NCBI GenBank assembly: GCA_963804165.1
Contig: CAWDPO010000017.1
Coordinates: 288,001-352,000 of the forward strand
Source of the DNA: an uncultured delta proteobacterium
GTDB lineage: Bacteria; Desulfobacterota; Binatia; UBA9968
Direction of reading: 5' to 3'
DNA length: 64,000 bases
In this document: piece by piece, positions 10,402 through 21,228 of the stretch
How positions within the stretch are numbered: the stretch's first letter is position 1
Layout: every line of letters starts with the position of its first letter
Notes under the pieces: generated by a model
What the model was told of the DNA's origin: nothing
The model's input: only the letters and a program-made list of their open reading frames with translations
Databases searched by the model: none
Program-made: the position numbers and the translations under genes

Positions 10402-11397
10402 ATGAAACTTCCACGAACAATTCTGCATTCGATACTCGTTCAACTGTGTTTTTTCGCGGTCGCTCAATCACAATCCCTGCCTAAGATTCGCATCGGCTAT
10501 CCGTCCATCAGCTCGCGACAGGCGCAGCTATGGGTCGCCAAGGATGAGGGAATATTCCGCAAGCACGGGCTCGACGTCGAGCTCATTTTCTTGCGTGGCG
10601 GACAGGTGGCGATCCAAGCGCTCACGGGCGGCGATCCGCCGATCGTGACGATCGGCAACGTGATTATCGCCAATCTGCAGGGCCATGACATCATTCTCGT
10701 AGGCTCCGTGGAAAATTCCTATGACCAGAGCGTTTTCGCCCGTCCGGGCGGTGGCTCGCGCGTGGAGCATTTGAGGGGTAAGCGCTTCGGCATCAGTGGT
10801 TTTGGATCCGCGACCCACACCGCGGCGCTGATTCTATTCAAGAGATTTAATCTCGAGCCCAACAAAGACGTGTCGTTCGTGCCGACGGGTACCGGGCCGG
10901 AGCGGCTTGCCGCCATGAGCGCCGGAAGAATCGACGCGACTTTCTTCAATCCTTCGGAGGTCCCCAGGCAATGAAAGCGGGTTTGGTGGAAATCATTCAG
11001 ATGGCCGACATCGATTTTGAAGTTCAAGGCAGCGGATTGGCCACGTCGCGAAGCTATATCAAAGCCAATCGAGAAATCGTCAAGTCGGCGCTCAAAGCGT
11101 ACGTCGAAGGAATTTATTACATATTCGCGAACAAGGCGGCGACGCTTAAGAAGCCTGGGCAAGTATATGAGAACCAGCGATCAAGATGTCTTGGACTACT
11201 CCTATCAGCATTATTTGAAGAGAACGCCGAAGAAGCCGTATCCGACAATGAAAGGGATTCAAAATCTCATCGATATGTCGACGCCGCAGATGCCGCAGGC
11301 GAAAAGCGCCAAGCCCGAACAGTTCGTCGATCTCAGCTTTCTCCAAGAGTTGGAAAACGAGGGTTTCTTCGGTGAGATGGAAAAGCGTTACAAATGA
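10402..11397 (+). CDS. ABC transporter substrate-binding protein (NMT1/SsuA type), frameshifted
   Basis: GIFRKHGLDVEL, LRGKRFGISGFGS and QFVDLSFLQELE over three ORFs. Confidence 0.82.
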
Positions 11398-11445
11398 CCG
11401 CGTTTTGAACCGGATTGCCGCAGGCGAAATCAGAAAGGAGCAGTC

Positions 11446-12377
11446 ATGATCATCGACACTCACTTTCACGCGTTTCCCGGAAAATTTCTCGATCTTGTTG
11501 CCTGAAGCCCAGAATGACGTGCGGGGAGTCGGGCTTTCACGCTTTCGACCATCGAGAGTACCTCGATGTTATGGACAAATACGGCATCGACATCGGTGTG
11601 CTTTCGAATACCGGCGGAAGGATCGAGAAAACCGGTCGGGCGCGCGCCCTGGAGCTCTGCAAAATTCTCAACGACGCGTTCGCCGAAGCCCACGCAAAAT
11701 ATCCGCAAGCGCTTCATGGCATTCGCTCGATTGCCGATGGTCGACATGGACGATTGCGTCGGCGAGCTGGAGCGCTGCTACAAGGATCTCAAGATGCATG
11801 GCGTGATGATGCCGACCAACGTCGCCGGCAAATATATCGACGAGCCTGAGTTCGGGCCGTTTTGGGATGCGCTGGCGGCTGGGTGGCAAGCCGTTGTTTC
11901 TCCATCCGGCCAACGCACCGTGCCAGTCCAATTGGGACAAGTACTCGCTGCATCAGAAAATTCTCTGGCCGACGGACAGCACGCTGGCGATTTCCCGAAT
12001 CGTTTATGCCGGTATATTCGATCGCTATCCGAAACTAAAACTAATCGCGTCGCATTTGGGCGGCATGATTCTGCTGTATCTCGATCGGCTCAATTGGCGC
12101 GAGGGCAATCCGGTATGCAAGGAAGAGCCTGAGACGTACTTCAAGAAAATCTATTACGACACCGCCGGGCCGATTCGCGCGGCATTTATAAAGCTTGTCT
12201 GCGATACGGTGGGAGCCGAGCAGATCCTGTTCGGCGCGGATTATCCGCACGGCCGGGGCGGACGGGACGATCAGTTTTATCCGATGACTTTAAAGGAAAT
12301 GGAAGAGCTCGATATCCCTGCAGGCGGATAAAGAGAAGATATATTATTTAAACGCCAAGAAGCTGTTCAAAATCTGA
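11446..12377 (+). CDS. Amidohydrolase family 2 protein (ACMSD-like), several frameshifts
   Basis: AGGAG RBS then MIIDTHFH; FLHP, SHLGG, YYDT and FGADYPH motifs in successive frames; ends NAKKLFKI*. Confidence 0.8.
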
Positions 12378-12396
12378 AAGCGTTCAAATCGTTCAA
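12365..12396. repeat. Solo GTTCAA arm of the GTTCAA/TTGAAC element family
   Basis: gttcaa at 12365, 12382 and 12391 around the stop codon. Confidence 0.5.
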
Positions 12397-12424
12397 AATG
12401 TCCAGGACATTGATCCTCGTATTC

Positions 12425-13714
12425 TCAACGCTCAACGACGGCGAGTGTTTCGACATGAAAAGTCTGTGGAAAAAGGTCGATCGGTTGAACCATCCGAAGC
12501 TTATAGTCATGTGTGGTTAACGCGGCGAGATCGCGCGCCAGGGTCGTTGGGTTGCAGGAGATGTAAAATATTTGTCTTGCGCGCAACGCTGCCAAGTCCG
12601 TTTCGAGTCCTTTGGCGCCAGCGCGGGGCGGATCGAGTACGATCTTGCTAAATTGTTCGCGTTTTCGTTTTAGTTCCGCGACGGCCTTGGGCACGGCGGA
12701 GCAAATCCAGCGAATATTATCAATACCGTGTTTTTGCGCGTTGAGCTTACCGTTGGTGATCGACGACTTGTAACCTTCGACCGCAACAATTTCCTTAGTC
12801 CGCTCTGCGATGGGCAAAGTAAAATTGCCGCCACCGCAGTAAAGTTCGAGCACGCGATCGTCGCTTTGGAAGCCTCCGGCGGCCAACAGCATGTTGAGGA
12901 CACGCCGATTACCCTCCGAGTTCACTTGCGTGAAGACATCCCCATCTAAGGTCAGAGAAAGGTCATCCAGTAAATGGACGTTGATTACCGGTTTGCCCCA
13001 AGCCCGGCGCCAGTCGGCGCCTGCGACAATCACGCCGCGAATTTGTTCGTCTTCGCCTGCCAAGTTCGCACACACCTGCTCGTCGCCTGGCGCGAACGGA
13101 CCGCTCGCGCGCAGGACCGTCACGATTTCTTGGGATTCGTCGCCGGCGACGATCTCGACGTACTCGATCGGTGTCGCGAGTGCGCGGACCCACCGGCGTA
13201 TCGAAACAAGCGTGCCGTTCAGACGATCGTCGGCGATCAGGCAGGAGTCGATTTCTACCAGCTGGTGAGAGGCACTGCCGTAGAAACCAAGCGTTCTGTT
13301 CCCGCCTACCTGTAGACGAATACGCCGGCGATAATGGAACTCGTCATTTGACGGAATGATCGGTCTGAGCTCGAAATCTCCCAGCTTGCCGATGCGCCGC
13401 AGGACGTCGACGACGCTTTGTTGTTTGGCTTTCAATTGCGCGTCGTAGCGCAGGTGTTGCCACGAGCAGCCGCCGCAAGCACCGACGTAGGGGCAAGGTG
13501 GCGTTCTCCGAAGCAGCGAAGGCGTAAGCACACGCATGGCTTCGGCGAGAGCATAGCGCTCTTTCGCTTCAGTGATTCGCACCTCCACCGTGTCGCCGGG
13601 GGCGGTGTGCGGAACCATGATCGCCTTGCCGTCCAGGCGGCCTATGCCATAGGGGCCGTAAGAAAGAGCGTCGATGTCTAGCGTGGCCGTGCTTTTCGCG
13701 TTAGTCTGGGGCAT
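12425..13714 (-). CDS. rlmD: 23S rRNA (uracil-5)-methyltransferase, RlmD/TrmA family
   Basis: TRAM domain, CPY..CGGC Fe-S motif, FTQVN, DPPRAG, YISCNP and DLFPQTFHVE. Confidence 0.92.
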   Translation of the reverse strand: MPQTNAKSTATLDIDALSYGPYGIGRLDGKAIMVPHTAPGDTVEVRITEAKERYALAEAMRVLTPSLLRRTPPCPYVGACGGCSWQHLRYDAQLKAKQQSVVDVLRRIGKLGDFELRPIIPSNDEFHYRRRIRLQVGGNRTLGFYGSASHQLVEIDSCLIADDRLNGTLVSIRRWVRALATPIEYVEIVAGDESQEIVTVLRASGPFAPGDEQVCANLAGEDEQIRGVIVAGADWRRAWGKPVINVHLLDDLSLTLDGDVFTQVNSEGNRRVLNMLLAAGGFQSDDRVLELYCGGGNFTLPIAERTKEIVAVEGYKSSITNGKLNAQKHGIDNIRWICSAVPKAVAELKRKREQFSKIVLDPPRAGAKGLETDLAALRARQIFYISCNPTTLARDLAALTTHDYKLRMVQPIDLFPQTFHVETLAVVER

Positions 13715-13799
13715 TCGAAAAGAGTCTACCAGTGTGCGTAACCCATTTTAACCATCTTTGTGATCTTCCGCCTTCGATCCTATTATCCGGATAACTATT

Positions 13800-14174
13800 A
13801 TGAGCGAACCGCAAGACGATCCGAGATTTCTCAAGGGCATTGAAGAGTTCAATCAGGGACTGTTTTTCGAGTGTCATGAGACACTGGAAGAAATCTGGTT
13901 GGAGGAGCACGGTGAAGATCGCTTGTTCTACCAAGGGATTATTCAGATAGCAGCGGGTTACTTCAAATTAGAACAGGGGGTGCCGGCCGGAGCGCTCAAG
14001 CTCTGGCGCACCGGCTTGGATAAGATCGCGCCTTATGCGCCAGTACATTTCGGCGTCAGTGTAGAATCTCTGATGCAAGCCGTCAGCGCCGACTTGAAAC
14101 AGTTAGAAACCAGCCAGCAAAGCGACGTCGCCAATGTCGCTCTCAATCCACCGACGATAAATTTTATTTGCTAA
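13800..14174 (+). CDS. DUF309 family protein
   Basis: GIEEFNQG.FFECHETLEEIW...YQGIIQ signature. Confidence 0.88.
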   Translation: MSEPQDDPRFLKGIEEFNQGLFFECHETLEEIWLEEHGEDRLFYQGIIQIAAGYFKLEQGVPAGALKLWRTGLDKIAPYAPVHFGVSVESLMQAVSADLKQLETSQQSDVANVALNPPTINFIC

Positions 14175-14186
14175 TGATCTTGCCGC

Positions 14187-14861
14187 ATGATCCGCTGCAT
14201 CGACGTTCGCAAAGTCTATCGGCAAGGCGAAAGTGAAATCACCGCGCTGGCGGGTATTTCGCTGGATATACCCAAAGGTTCATTTGCCGTGATCATGGGG
14301 CCGAGCGGCTCTGGCAAGAGCACGCTCTTGCACCTGATCGGCGGCTTGGATCGACCGACCAGCGGAGATCTTTTGGTCGACGGCAGACTGATCGGCCAGA
14401 TGGCGGACGATCAGGTGACGCTGTTTCGACGCAAAAAGATTGGCATCGTGTTTCAATTTTTTAATCTGCTGCCGACCCTGAGCGCCGCGGAAAACGTGGC
14501 GCTGCCGCTCGTGCTCGACGGCCGATCCAAAGCCGAGGCAGATCATCAGGCGGAAACTCTTTTGACCAAGATAGGCTTAGAAAAACGGCAACACCATCTG
14601 CCGGAGGAACTTTCGGGTGGCGAGATCCAGCGAGTCGCCGTGGCGCGGGCGCTGGCGTTTAGTCCGCCGATTCTTCTCGCCGACGAGCCGACAGGCAATC
14701 TGGATTCGAAAAATGGCGAAGCGATCTTAGCGCTGCTCAAACGGATCAACCAAGAAGACGGTTGCACGGTGGTCATGGTGACGCACAGCCCCGAGGCTGC
14801 GCGCTACGGCGACCGGACGATTTTTCTGCGTGACGGTCGAGTGGCAACCGAGACTTCCTGA
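14187..14861 (+). CDS. ABC transporter ATP-binding protein (LolD/MacB type)
   Basis: GPSGSGKST, LSGGEIQRV, LADEPTGNLD and VTH motifs. Confidence 0.93.
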   Translation: MIRCIDVRKVYRQGESEITALAGISLDIPKGSFAVIMGPSGSGKSTLLHLIGGLDRPTSGDLLVDGRLIGQMADDQVTLFRRKKIGIVFQFFNLLPTLSAAENVALPLVLDGRSKAEADHQAETLLTKIGLEKRQHHLPEELSGGEIQRVAVARALAFSPPILLADEPTGNLDSKNGEAILALLKRINQEDGCTVVMVTHSPEAARYGDRTIFLRDGRVATETS

Positions 14862-17443
14862 TGTTGCGTTTATTGACTGCTGTATCCTGGCGTCACGCGA
14901 AGCGCCACCGGCTGCGTACCGCGCTAACGTTTTTTGGTATCGCCCTCGGTGTCGCCGTCGTCGTGGCAATCGCGGTCGTCAATCGCTCATTGACGACTTC
15001 GTTTCAATCCACCATCGATCAGATCGCCGGCAAAGCGGTGTTGCAGGTCGCCAACGGCGAGAGCGGCGTCTCCGAGTCTTTGTTTCCGTTAATTCGTGAC
15101 ACGATCGGCGTCGGCGATGCTGCGGCGGCGGTAGAGGGTTTCTTGCCCGTCGCGGGTGTGCCGGGTGAGCGGCTGTACGTCTACGGTGTCGATTTACTGA
15201 CCGATTTTGCTATTCGCGACCATCAATTCTCCGGAATGCAGTTTGGCTTCGATCAGGCGCTCGATTTTATCGCGCAACCGGACTCGATCGCGCTGACGGA
15301 ATCTTTCTCGCGTCGGCTGAAACTGCCTTTGGGCGCCAGCGTGACTTTGCTGACCAGTCACGGCAAGCGTGAATTCACGGTGCGTGGGTTGCTCAAGGAG
15401 CAGGGAACCGCCAAAGTTTTCGGCGGCAGCTTCGCGCTGATGGATCTGCCGGTGGCGCAGAAAACTTTCGGCAAAGAAGGCAAGCTCGATGTCGTCGATC
15501 TAACGGTTGTAGAGGGTGAAAAGATCGAAGCCGTCCAGCAACGGCTGCGCGAACGGCTAAAGGGTGCGGCTGAAGTGGAGCGGCCCGGAAAGCGCGGCGA
15601 GCAGATCGAGCTTCTGTTGACGTCGTTTCGCGTCGGGCTGTTCTTTGTCAGTTTGATCGCGCTATTCGTCGGTTTTTTTCTGATCTACAACACGGTGTCA
15701 GTCTCCGTGATTCAGCGCAGAAAGGAAATCGGCGTGTTGCGCTGTCTCGGTATGAGGCGGAGCGAGCTGCTCCGCTTGATCATGGCCGAGGCCCTGTTGT
15801 TGGCGCTCGCGGGTTCAGTTGCCGGCGCGGGCCTGGGTTGGCTGCTCGCGCGGGCTGCGTTAGTCGCCGTCGGCCAAACGGTTGGCAATTTATTTTCGTT
15901 GATCGATCTCGTGGGCGGCAACTTCACGATGCGCGAATTGGCGCTTGCGCTCGGCAGCGGCGTTGCGGTGGCTTTGCTCGCCGCGCTGCACCCGGCGTGG
16001 GAAGCGATGCGCGTAAGCCCCCTGGAAAACGCCCGGCAAGCAGCGTGGCGACCGGTAGGCAGGCAAACAACTTCTTGGGCGAACCGTCTTGGCCTTTGTT
16101 GCATGGCGCTATGTCCCATGCTTTTGGCGATTGCGCCTTCGGTCGACGGCTCGGTCGAACGATTCAGTGTCGGCGTCATCGGCATGCTGGTCTTCCTTCT
16201 CGGCTTGGCAGCCTTTTGTCCGGCAATGATCAGCCTCGTCGTGGGTTGGTTTTGGCAGTCTAAAGCGCGCGTGCCTGGGTTCGACGGGATTGAAGCGCGC
16301 TTGGCTTCGGACAGTTTGCGCCGTAATCCGTTTCGCTCCGGCATCACCATTGCCACCATGGTGATTAGTCTCGCAGCGATTTTTACTATCGCCGCCTTCG
16401 TCAACAGTGTCCGCGGGTCATTGCTCGCCTGGGTCGATCAAATGGTGACGGCGGATTTGATCGTCAGCTCGGGCGCCCGGACGGCGGGACCGCGAAATGT
16501 TCCGTTGAGGGAGGATTTACTGCCCGAGCTCAGAAAAATTCCGGGAATAAAAATAATCGATCTTTATCGCTTGATCCGTTCCACTTACCAGGGCAAGCCG
16601 ATTCTGATCGAATCATTTTCCGCGCGGGATTCCGCGAGCGTGCGTAATTTACCGATGGTGGCCGGCGATGGCGTACAGGCATTGCGCGAGATGGCCGCAG
16701 GGAAGGGGATCATCATCAGTGAAAGCTTTCACAGCAAATTCGCCAAACGCATGAACGACACCGTCGAGTTGATCACGCCGTCGGGGTTGATCGCTTTCAA
16801 AGTCATCGGCGTGTACATCGACTATTCATCGGACTCGGGCAGCGTATTACTCGATCGCGCGCTGTACAAGAAATATTGGAAAGACGAGCTCCTCGATGCG
16901 TTCGATCTGTGGTTGGAGCCGGGCGCGGATCAGCAATCGATCATCCAGACAATTAAGGAACGATACGGCGAGCCGTATCAGCTGTTTATCAGCACGCACC
17001 GCGAGCTCAAAGAATCCGTGGTTCGAATCATGGAACAATCTTTCGTGGTTAACTATGCCGTCGAAATCGTCGCCGTGGTCGTCGCCATCTTCAGCGTCAT
17101 CAACACGCTGCTGGCGTCGATTCTCGACCGCACCAGAGAGATCGGCGTCTTGCGCGCGATCGGCGCGACCCAGGCGCAAGTGCGGCGCATTGTCGTTCTG
17201 GAAGCGGGGTGGATGGGATTGATCGGTGGCGTGCTGGGCTTATTCGGCGGTAGCGTGATGGCGTATCACCACGTGGTTTACAACACCAAGGAGCTCACGG
17301 GGTGGACGTTTCAGTTTTATTATCCCTACGGTGTGGCGGTGTTGACGATCGTCGCCGCCGTGAGCTTATGTTTGATCGCCGGCTACGGTCCGGCGAAACA
17401 GGCGGCGTCAACGCCGATCGTGACGGCGATCGGTTATGAATAA
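14861..17443 (+). CDS. FtsX-like/MacB-family ABC exporter permease (duplicated domain)
   Basis: Two R..EIGVLR..G motifs, two periplasmic domains, multiple TM helices; coupled to the ATPase by TGATG overlap. Confidence 0.9.
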   Translation: MLRLLTAVSWRHAKRHRLRTALTFFGIALGVAVVVAIAVVNRSLTTSFQSTIDQIAGKAVLQVANGESGVSESLFPLIRDTIGVGDAAAAVEGFLPVAGVPGERLYVYGVDLLTDFAIRDHQFSGMQFGFDQALDFIAQPDSIALTESFSRRLKLPLGASVTLLTSHGKREFTVRGLLKEQGTAKVFGGSFALMDLPVAQKTFGKEGKLDVVDLTVVEGEKIEAVQQRLRERLKGAAEVERPGKRGEQIELLLTSFRVGLFFVSLIALFVGFFLIYNTVSVSVIQRRKEIGVLRCLGMRRSELLRLIMAEALLLALAGSVAGAGLGWLLARAALVAVGQTVGNLFSLIDLVGGNFTMRELALALGSGVAVALLAALHPAWEAMRVSPLENARQAAWRPVGRQTTSWANRLGLCCMALCPMLLAIAPSVDGSVERFSVGVIGMLVFLLGLAAFCPAMISLVVGWFWQSKARVPGFDGIEARLASDSLRRNPFRSGITIATMVISLAAIFTIAAFVNSVRGSLLAWVDQMVTADLIVSSGARTAGPRNVPLREDLLPELRKIPGIKIIDLYRLIRSTYQGKPILIESFSARDSASVRNLPMVAGDGVQALREMAAGKGIIISESFHSKFAKRMNDTVELITPSGLIAFKVIGVYIDYSSDSGSVLLDRALYKKYWKDELLDAFDLWLEPGADQQSIIQTIKERYGEPYQLFISTHRELKESVVRIMEQSFVVNYAVEIVAVVVAIFSVINTLLASILDRTREIGVLRAIGATQAQVRRIVVLEAGWMGLIGGVLGLFGGSVMAYHHVVYNTKELTGWTFQFYYPYGVAVLTIVAAVSLCLIAGYGPAKQAASTPIVTAIGYE

Positions 17444-17517
17444 AAAATAAGTTTTAATCTCGTTGGACCGGCCGCCAGCTTACTGCGAAATGGTGAGCGC
17501 TCGTGCCGTCTGAGTCC

Positions 17518-17591
17518 GTCATTCCCACATGCTTTTAGCGGGAATCCATGCGAACCTCTACTCGACCCCGATAAAAACATTCGGGGGTGAC
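17518..17591. repeat. REP-like palindromic element (GTCATTCCC...GGGAATCCA family)
   Basis: Similar to 20-95; lies between convergent genes. Confidence 0.55.
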
Positions 17592-17676
17592 AACTTTTGG
17601 GAAAAATTCTATAGGGGTCTGTCGCTGCCGCGCAGGTTGCTGTGCGGCAAGTCTATTTTCTTATATAAGTTTCAAA

Positions 17677-18249
17677 CTACGAGGTCGGCACTTCGGTGAA
17701 ACTGACGAAGCGCGCGCGGCGGTTTTTTACGCGGCATTCTTCGGTAAGGTCGAAGCAGGCGGGAGCTTCTTTGCCGTAGCTGATCGTGACAAGGCGTTCG
17801 GTGGCCACCCCTTGGCTCACGAGAAATTCTTTGGCGACTTGAGCCCGTTTCGCGCCGAGCGCGAGATTGTATTCAGCCGAGCCGACGTCGTCGCAGTGGC
17901 CCTCGACTTCGACCCGCGCTTTAGGGTTTGTCTTTAACCACTCTGCGTTCTTTTGTAGAACCTGCTGGGCCTCGGGATCCAATTCAACGCTGTCGAATTG
18001 ATAATAGACGTCCTTCAGCGCCGCGCCCGGCGGGGTTACGGCAGCAACGCCACGGCTAATCGCTTCCATGGCGGACGGAGAGCGCGCTGAAACCGTATTC
18101 GCCGGGTTACCGAAGGAGTCCGGAGGGTTGAAAAGCTTCGGCGTTGGCGCACCTGACATCGAACAACCGGCGGAGACTGAAATAACGAGAAGTAATCGAA
18201 CGATGCGAAGTTTTCCGAGAAAGTTCCATGGACAGCGCAAATTGGTCAT
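17677..18249 (-). CDS. pal: Peptidoglycan-associated lipoprotein (OmpA-like domain)
   Basis: Lipobox SAGC, EGHCD..GS.EYNLALG..RA, ISYGKE and NRRA; exact start uncertain. Confidence 0.85.
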   Translation of the reverse strand: MTNLRCPWNFLGKLRIVRLLLVISVSAGCSMSGAPTPKLFNPPDSFGNPANTVSARSPSAMEAISRGVAAVTPPGAALKDVYYQFDSVELDPEAQQVLQKNAEWLKTNPKARVEVEGHCDDVGSAEYNLALGAKRAQVAKEFLVSQGVATERLVTISYGKEAPACFDLTEECRVKNRRARFVSFTEVPTS

Positions 18250-18341
18250 CCTTGGGTGGAAGTCGAAAGCTGCGATATCCTCGCGATTTGTGGCCGAATT
18301 GTCAAGTTTTTTTTGCGGTTCAAGAAAGTTCCAGCGACCGC

Positions 18342-18815
18342 CTATGCCAGCTTCAAGGCGGGATTGGGCTTGCGATTTCGCAGATAGGACAACAAAGTAC
18401 CGCAGATACCGCCTGTCGCGTCGATCATCACGTCGGTCACGCTCGCGCTTCGATTCGGGACGAACGATTGATGGAATTCGTCACTGGCCGCGTACAGAAT
18501 CGTCAAAAAAACGCTGAGCAAAAGCGTTCGGATGATCGGTTTGTCCGCCATTTCGTTTCGCAACGCGCGCATGAGCAGCAGCGCAAAGACTAAGTACTCA
18601 CCGAAATGGCCGAGCTTTCGAATAAGGCCGTGGATTCGCTGCACCTCGGTGAGCGGCAGCCAGGGAAAAAATTCGCGTAACAGCGCTTGGACAAATCCGC
18701 CGGTCTGGGAGCCGGAGAATATCTCGGTAGAAAAAACAAAGATCAGTGCCGCCCAAAGGACAACTGGAGCCCAATTCCAAAGGAAGATCGAGATGGGGGA
18801 GCGACTCGGGAGCAT
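18342..18815 (-). CDS. VanZ family membrane protein
   Basis: RKLGHFGEY and YAASDEFHQSFVPNR..S..DV..D motifs. Confidence 0.9.
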   Translation of the reverse strand: MLPSRSPISIFLWNWAPVVLWAALIFVFSTEIFSGSQTGGFVQALLREFFPWLPLTEVQRIHGLIRKLGHFGEYLVFALLLMRALRNEMADKPIIRTLLLSVFLTILYAASDEFHQSFVPNRSASVTDVMIDATGGICGTLLSYLRNRKPNPALKLA

Positions 18816-18953
18816 GCGTTGTTTCGAAGCTCCTGTGAGAGTAGCGGTCCGCCCCCGGCGATGTCAACGCGACGGCGTTTCGCGCTTCTATTTGCGCAGC
18901 GATCGTGTATAAAATCGTACAGGGCCTAGCCGTTCCGAGAGAGGAAAACCTCG

Positions 18954-19958
18954 ATGAAGCACAAGATCACGTTGATTCCGGGAGACGGCATCGGACCGGA
19001 AGTCACCAAACCAACTCTGGACATCATCAAAGCGGCGGGCGTCAAGGTGGATTGGGAGAACTATCTAGCGGGCGCCGAAGCGCTGAAGAAGCACCACACG
19101 ACGATCCCCCAACAACTCATGGACTCCTTCGACAGAAATCTTGTTGCCCTCAAAGGTCCAGTGACCACGCCAGTGGGCGAGGGCTTCACGAGCGTCAACG
19201 TCGCGCTGCGCCAGAGCTTCAATCTCTATGCGAACCTACGGCCGATCAAAAATTTGCCCGGCGTGAAGGCGCGCTATCAGGGCGTCGACCTGATCGTGGT
19301 TCGAGAAAACACTGAAGGTCTTTATTCGGGCATCGAACATGAGGTCGTGCCGGGAGTGATGGAGAGCCTCAAGATCATCACCGAGAAAGCTTCGACCAAG
19401 ATCGCGAAATTCGCTTTCGGTTATGCCAAAAAGTACCGGCGCAAGAAAGTCACCGCGGTGCACAAGGCTAACATCATGAAGCTCACCGACGGTCTTTTCT
19501 TGGACTGCGCAAGAAATGTTGCGAAGCAGTACAAGGGCATCGGTTTCAGTGACATTATTGTCGACAATGCATGTATGCAGCTGGTCCTGAACCCTCTCCA
19601 ATTCGATATTTTGCTGCTGGAAAACCTCTACGGTGATATCGTGTCGGACCTTACGGCGGGTTTGGTCGGAGGTCTCGGCGTGGTTGCCGGCGCCAATCTC
19701 GGCGATGCCCACGCACTCTTTGAGCCGGTGCACGGCAGCGCGCCGGATATCAAGGGCAAAAATATCGCCAACCCGACCGCGATGATTCAGGCGGCGATCA
19801 TGATGCTGCGCCATATTTCCGAAAGGGCGGCGGCCAATCGGATCTCTCTGGCCTTGGAGCGTGTTCTCATGCGGGGAGAAGTCCTGACCGCCGACCTCGG
19901 CGGCACCGCGTCGACGAAAAAATTCGCCGACGCCATCATTCGGGAAATCGAGAAGTAA
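18954..19958 (+). CDS. icd: NAD-dependent isocitrate dehydrogenase (isocitrate/isopropylmalate dehydrogenase family)
   Basis: IPGDGIGPEV, SVNVALRQ, RENTEG, VHKANIMK, NLYGDIVSD and FEPVHGSAPDI. Confidence 0.85.
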   Translation: MKHKITLIPGDGIGPEVTKPTLDIIKAAGVKVDWENYLAGAEALKKHHTTIPQQLMDSFDRNLVALKGPVTTPVGEGFTSVNVALRQSFNLYANLRPIKNLPGVKARYQGVDLIVVRENTEGLYSGIEHEVVPGVMESLKIITEKASTKIAKFAFGYAKKYRRKKVTAVHKANIMKLTDGLFLDCARNVAKQYKGIGFSDIIVDNACMQLVLNPLQFDILLLENLYGDIVSDLTAGLVGGLGVVAGANLGDAHALFEPVHGSAPDIKGKNIANPTAMIQAAIMMLRHISERAAANRISLALERVLMRGEVLTADLGGTASTKKFADAIIREIEK

Positions 19959-20010
19959 ACGAGGCAGCGAAGGTCAACGTATTCGCTTCGTTAGAATCAT
20001 CCCATTAGTC

Positions 20011-20053
20011 CAATACTCCGACACTCCAATCGGACTGGAGTACTGGAGTATTG
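20011..20053. repeat. Octamer-period inverted repeat (CAATACTCC/GGAGTATTG); possible bidirectional terminator
   Basis: caatactccgacactccaat-cgga-ctggagtactggagtattg between convergent icd and M24 genes. Confidence 0.6.
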
Positions 20054-20073
20054 ATTTTAAAAGTTGGGTGGAA

Positions 20074-21228
20074 TTATCCGTTACACGTCACCCACTGGCG
20101 CGGATACGCGTTCAAGGACTCGCAGCCGTGCTTCTTCACAACCAGGGTTTCGCCAAATTGCAGGCCCATCTTTTCGTCGTAGGTCATGAGATTCGGCTGG
20201 ATGACGATCACCATGTTTTCGCGGAAAACCATTTCCCGGGAATCATGCCGTTTGCGCGTCTTGGTCTGAAAGATGGGAGGATATTGGTTGACGCCGTGAA
20301 CCAGATCATCGTACGTGCTGTAGCCGCGCCGGTGGATAACTTCCGCGGCCTCTTCAGCTTCGGTGGTGGTCGCGCCGTCTTTGATGACCTTGGATAAAAT
20401 TTCAAAGCCCTCCATCGCTGCGTCGTGCATCTTTTGCCATTCCGGTGTCGGGCCTTCGCCGATCGAAAAAGTGCGGTGAATCTGTCCGCTGTAGCCCGAG
20501 TAAGCGCCGCTTATTTCGCTGATCAATGCATCGCCTTTTTCAAGCTTGCGTCCGGAATGAAATTGCGAAGGCACGGGAAAGTCCGGCTCGCGCATCGGCA
20601 TGCTGCTCATGAAATGAATGCCGGCGTAGCCGCCGGCTTTGAGATAGACCGACTCGATGATCGCCGGGATTTCATCCTCGCGCATGCCAGCTTTGAGCCC
20701 CTCCGCCAGCGCCTGGATCGATTGGTCGGTGAGCTTCGAAGCGATGCGAATGCGCTCGATTTCCTCCGAGCTTCTGACCGTCCGCATCGTGCGCAGCTTG
20801 CCGCCAAGATCGACGAACGAAGCCGAAGGACAGGTCTCGCGCAACTTGTTATAGATCTGATAAGAAATCGATCCGACTAAACCGATCTTTTTCGATTCCA
20901 AACTGCGCTCGCCGAATAGATCGATGACGCTGTGGGTCGTGTTCGCCCCGGCCCAGCGCACATCCTTGATCCACGACATGACCCGCGCCATCGGATAATG
21001 ATTAAACAACTGCATCAGAATGACCGGGTCTTTACCGGCTTGCATGAGCAGATAAGCTTCCCGGCTGCTCGGCCAGTCACTCAGCCAGTAGATGTCCGAC
21101 GCGTAGCGCCCGCTGCCGTAGAAGAGCATGGCTTCGACGCCTTCCTGTTCCATCAAACTATAAACCGCTTGATGCCGTCGCTGGATTTCCGCGTCGGAAA
21201 AAGTGGGATAATCAGATCGTCGTCGCAT
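20074..21228 (-). CDS. M24 peptidase/creatinase-fold protein
   Basis: Creatinase N-domain, RTVRSSEEIE, pita-bread C-domain with divergent metal ligands. Confidence 0.8.
   Translation of the reverse strand: MRRRSDYPTFSDAEIQRRHQAVYSLMEQEGVEAMLFYGSGRYASDIYWLSDWPSSREAYLLMQAGKDPVILMQLFNHYPMARVMSWIKDVRWAGANTTHSVIDLFGERSLESKKIGLVGSISYQIYNKLRETCPSASFVDLGGKLRTMRTVRSSEEIERIRIASKLTDQSIQALAEGLKAGMREDEIPAIIESVYLKAGGYAGIHFMSSMPMREPDFPVPSQFHSGRKLEKGDALISEISGAYSGYSGQIHRTFSIGEGPTPEWQKMHDAAMEGFEILSKVIKDGATTTEAEEAAEVIHRRGYSTYDDLVHGVNQYPPIFQTKTRKRHDSREMVFRENMVIVIQPNLMTYDEKMGLQFGETLVVKKHGCESLNAYPRQWVTCNG

Noticed and set aside
10024-10471. ORFs 10024-10467, 10148-10471, 57974-58327 and 60573-61001
   Set aside because: They translate REP-like repeats or are antisense to real genes.
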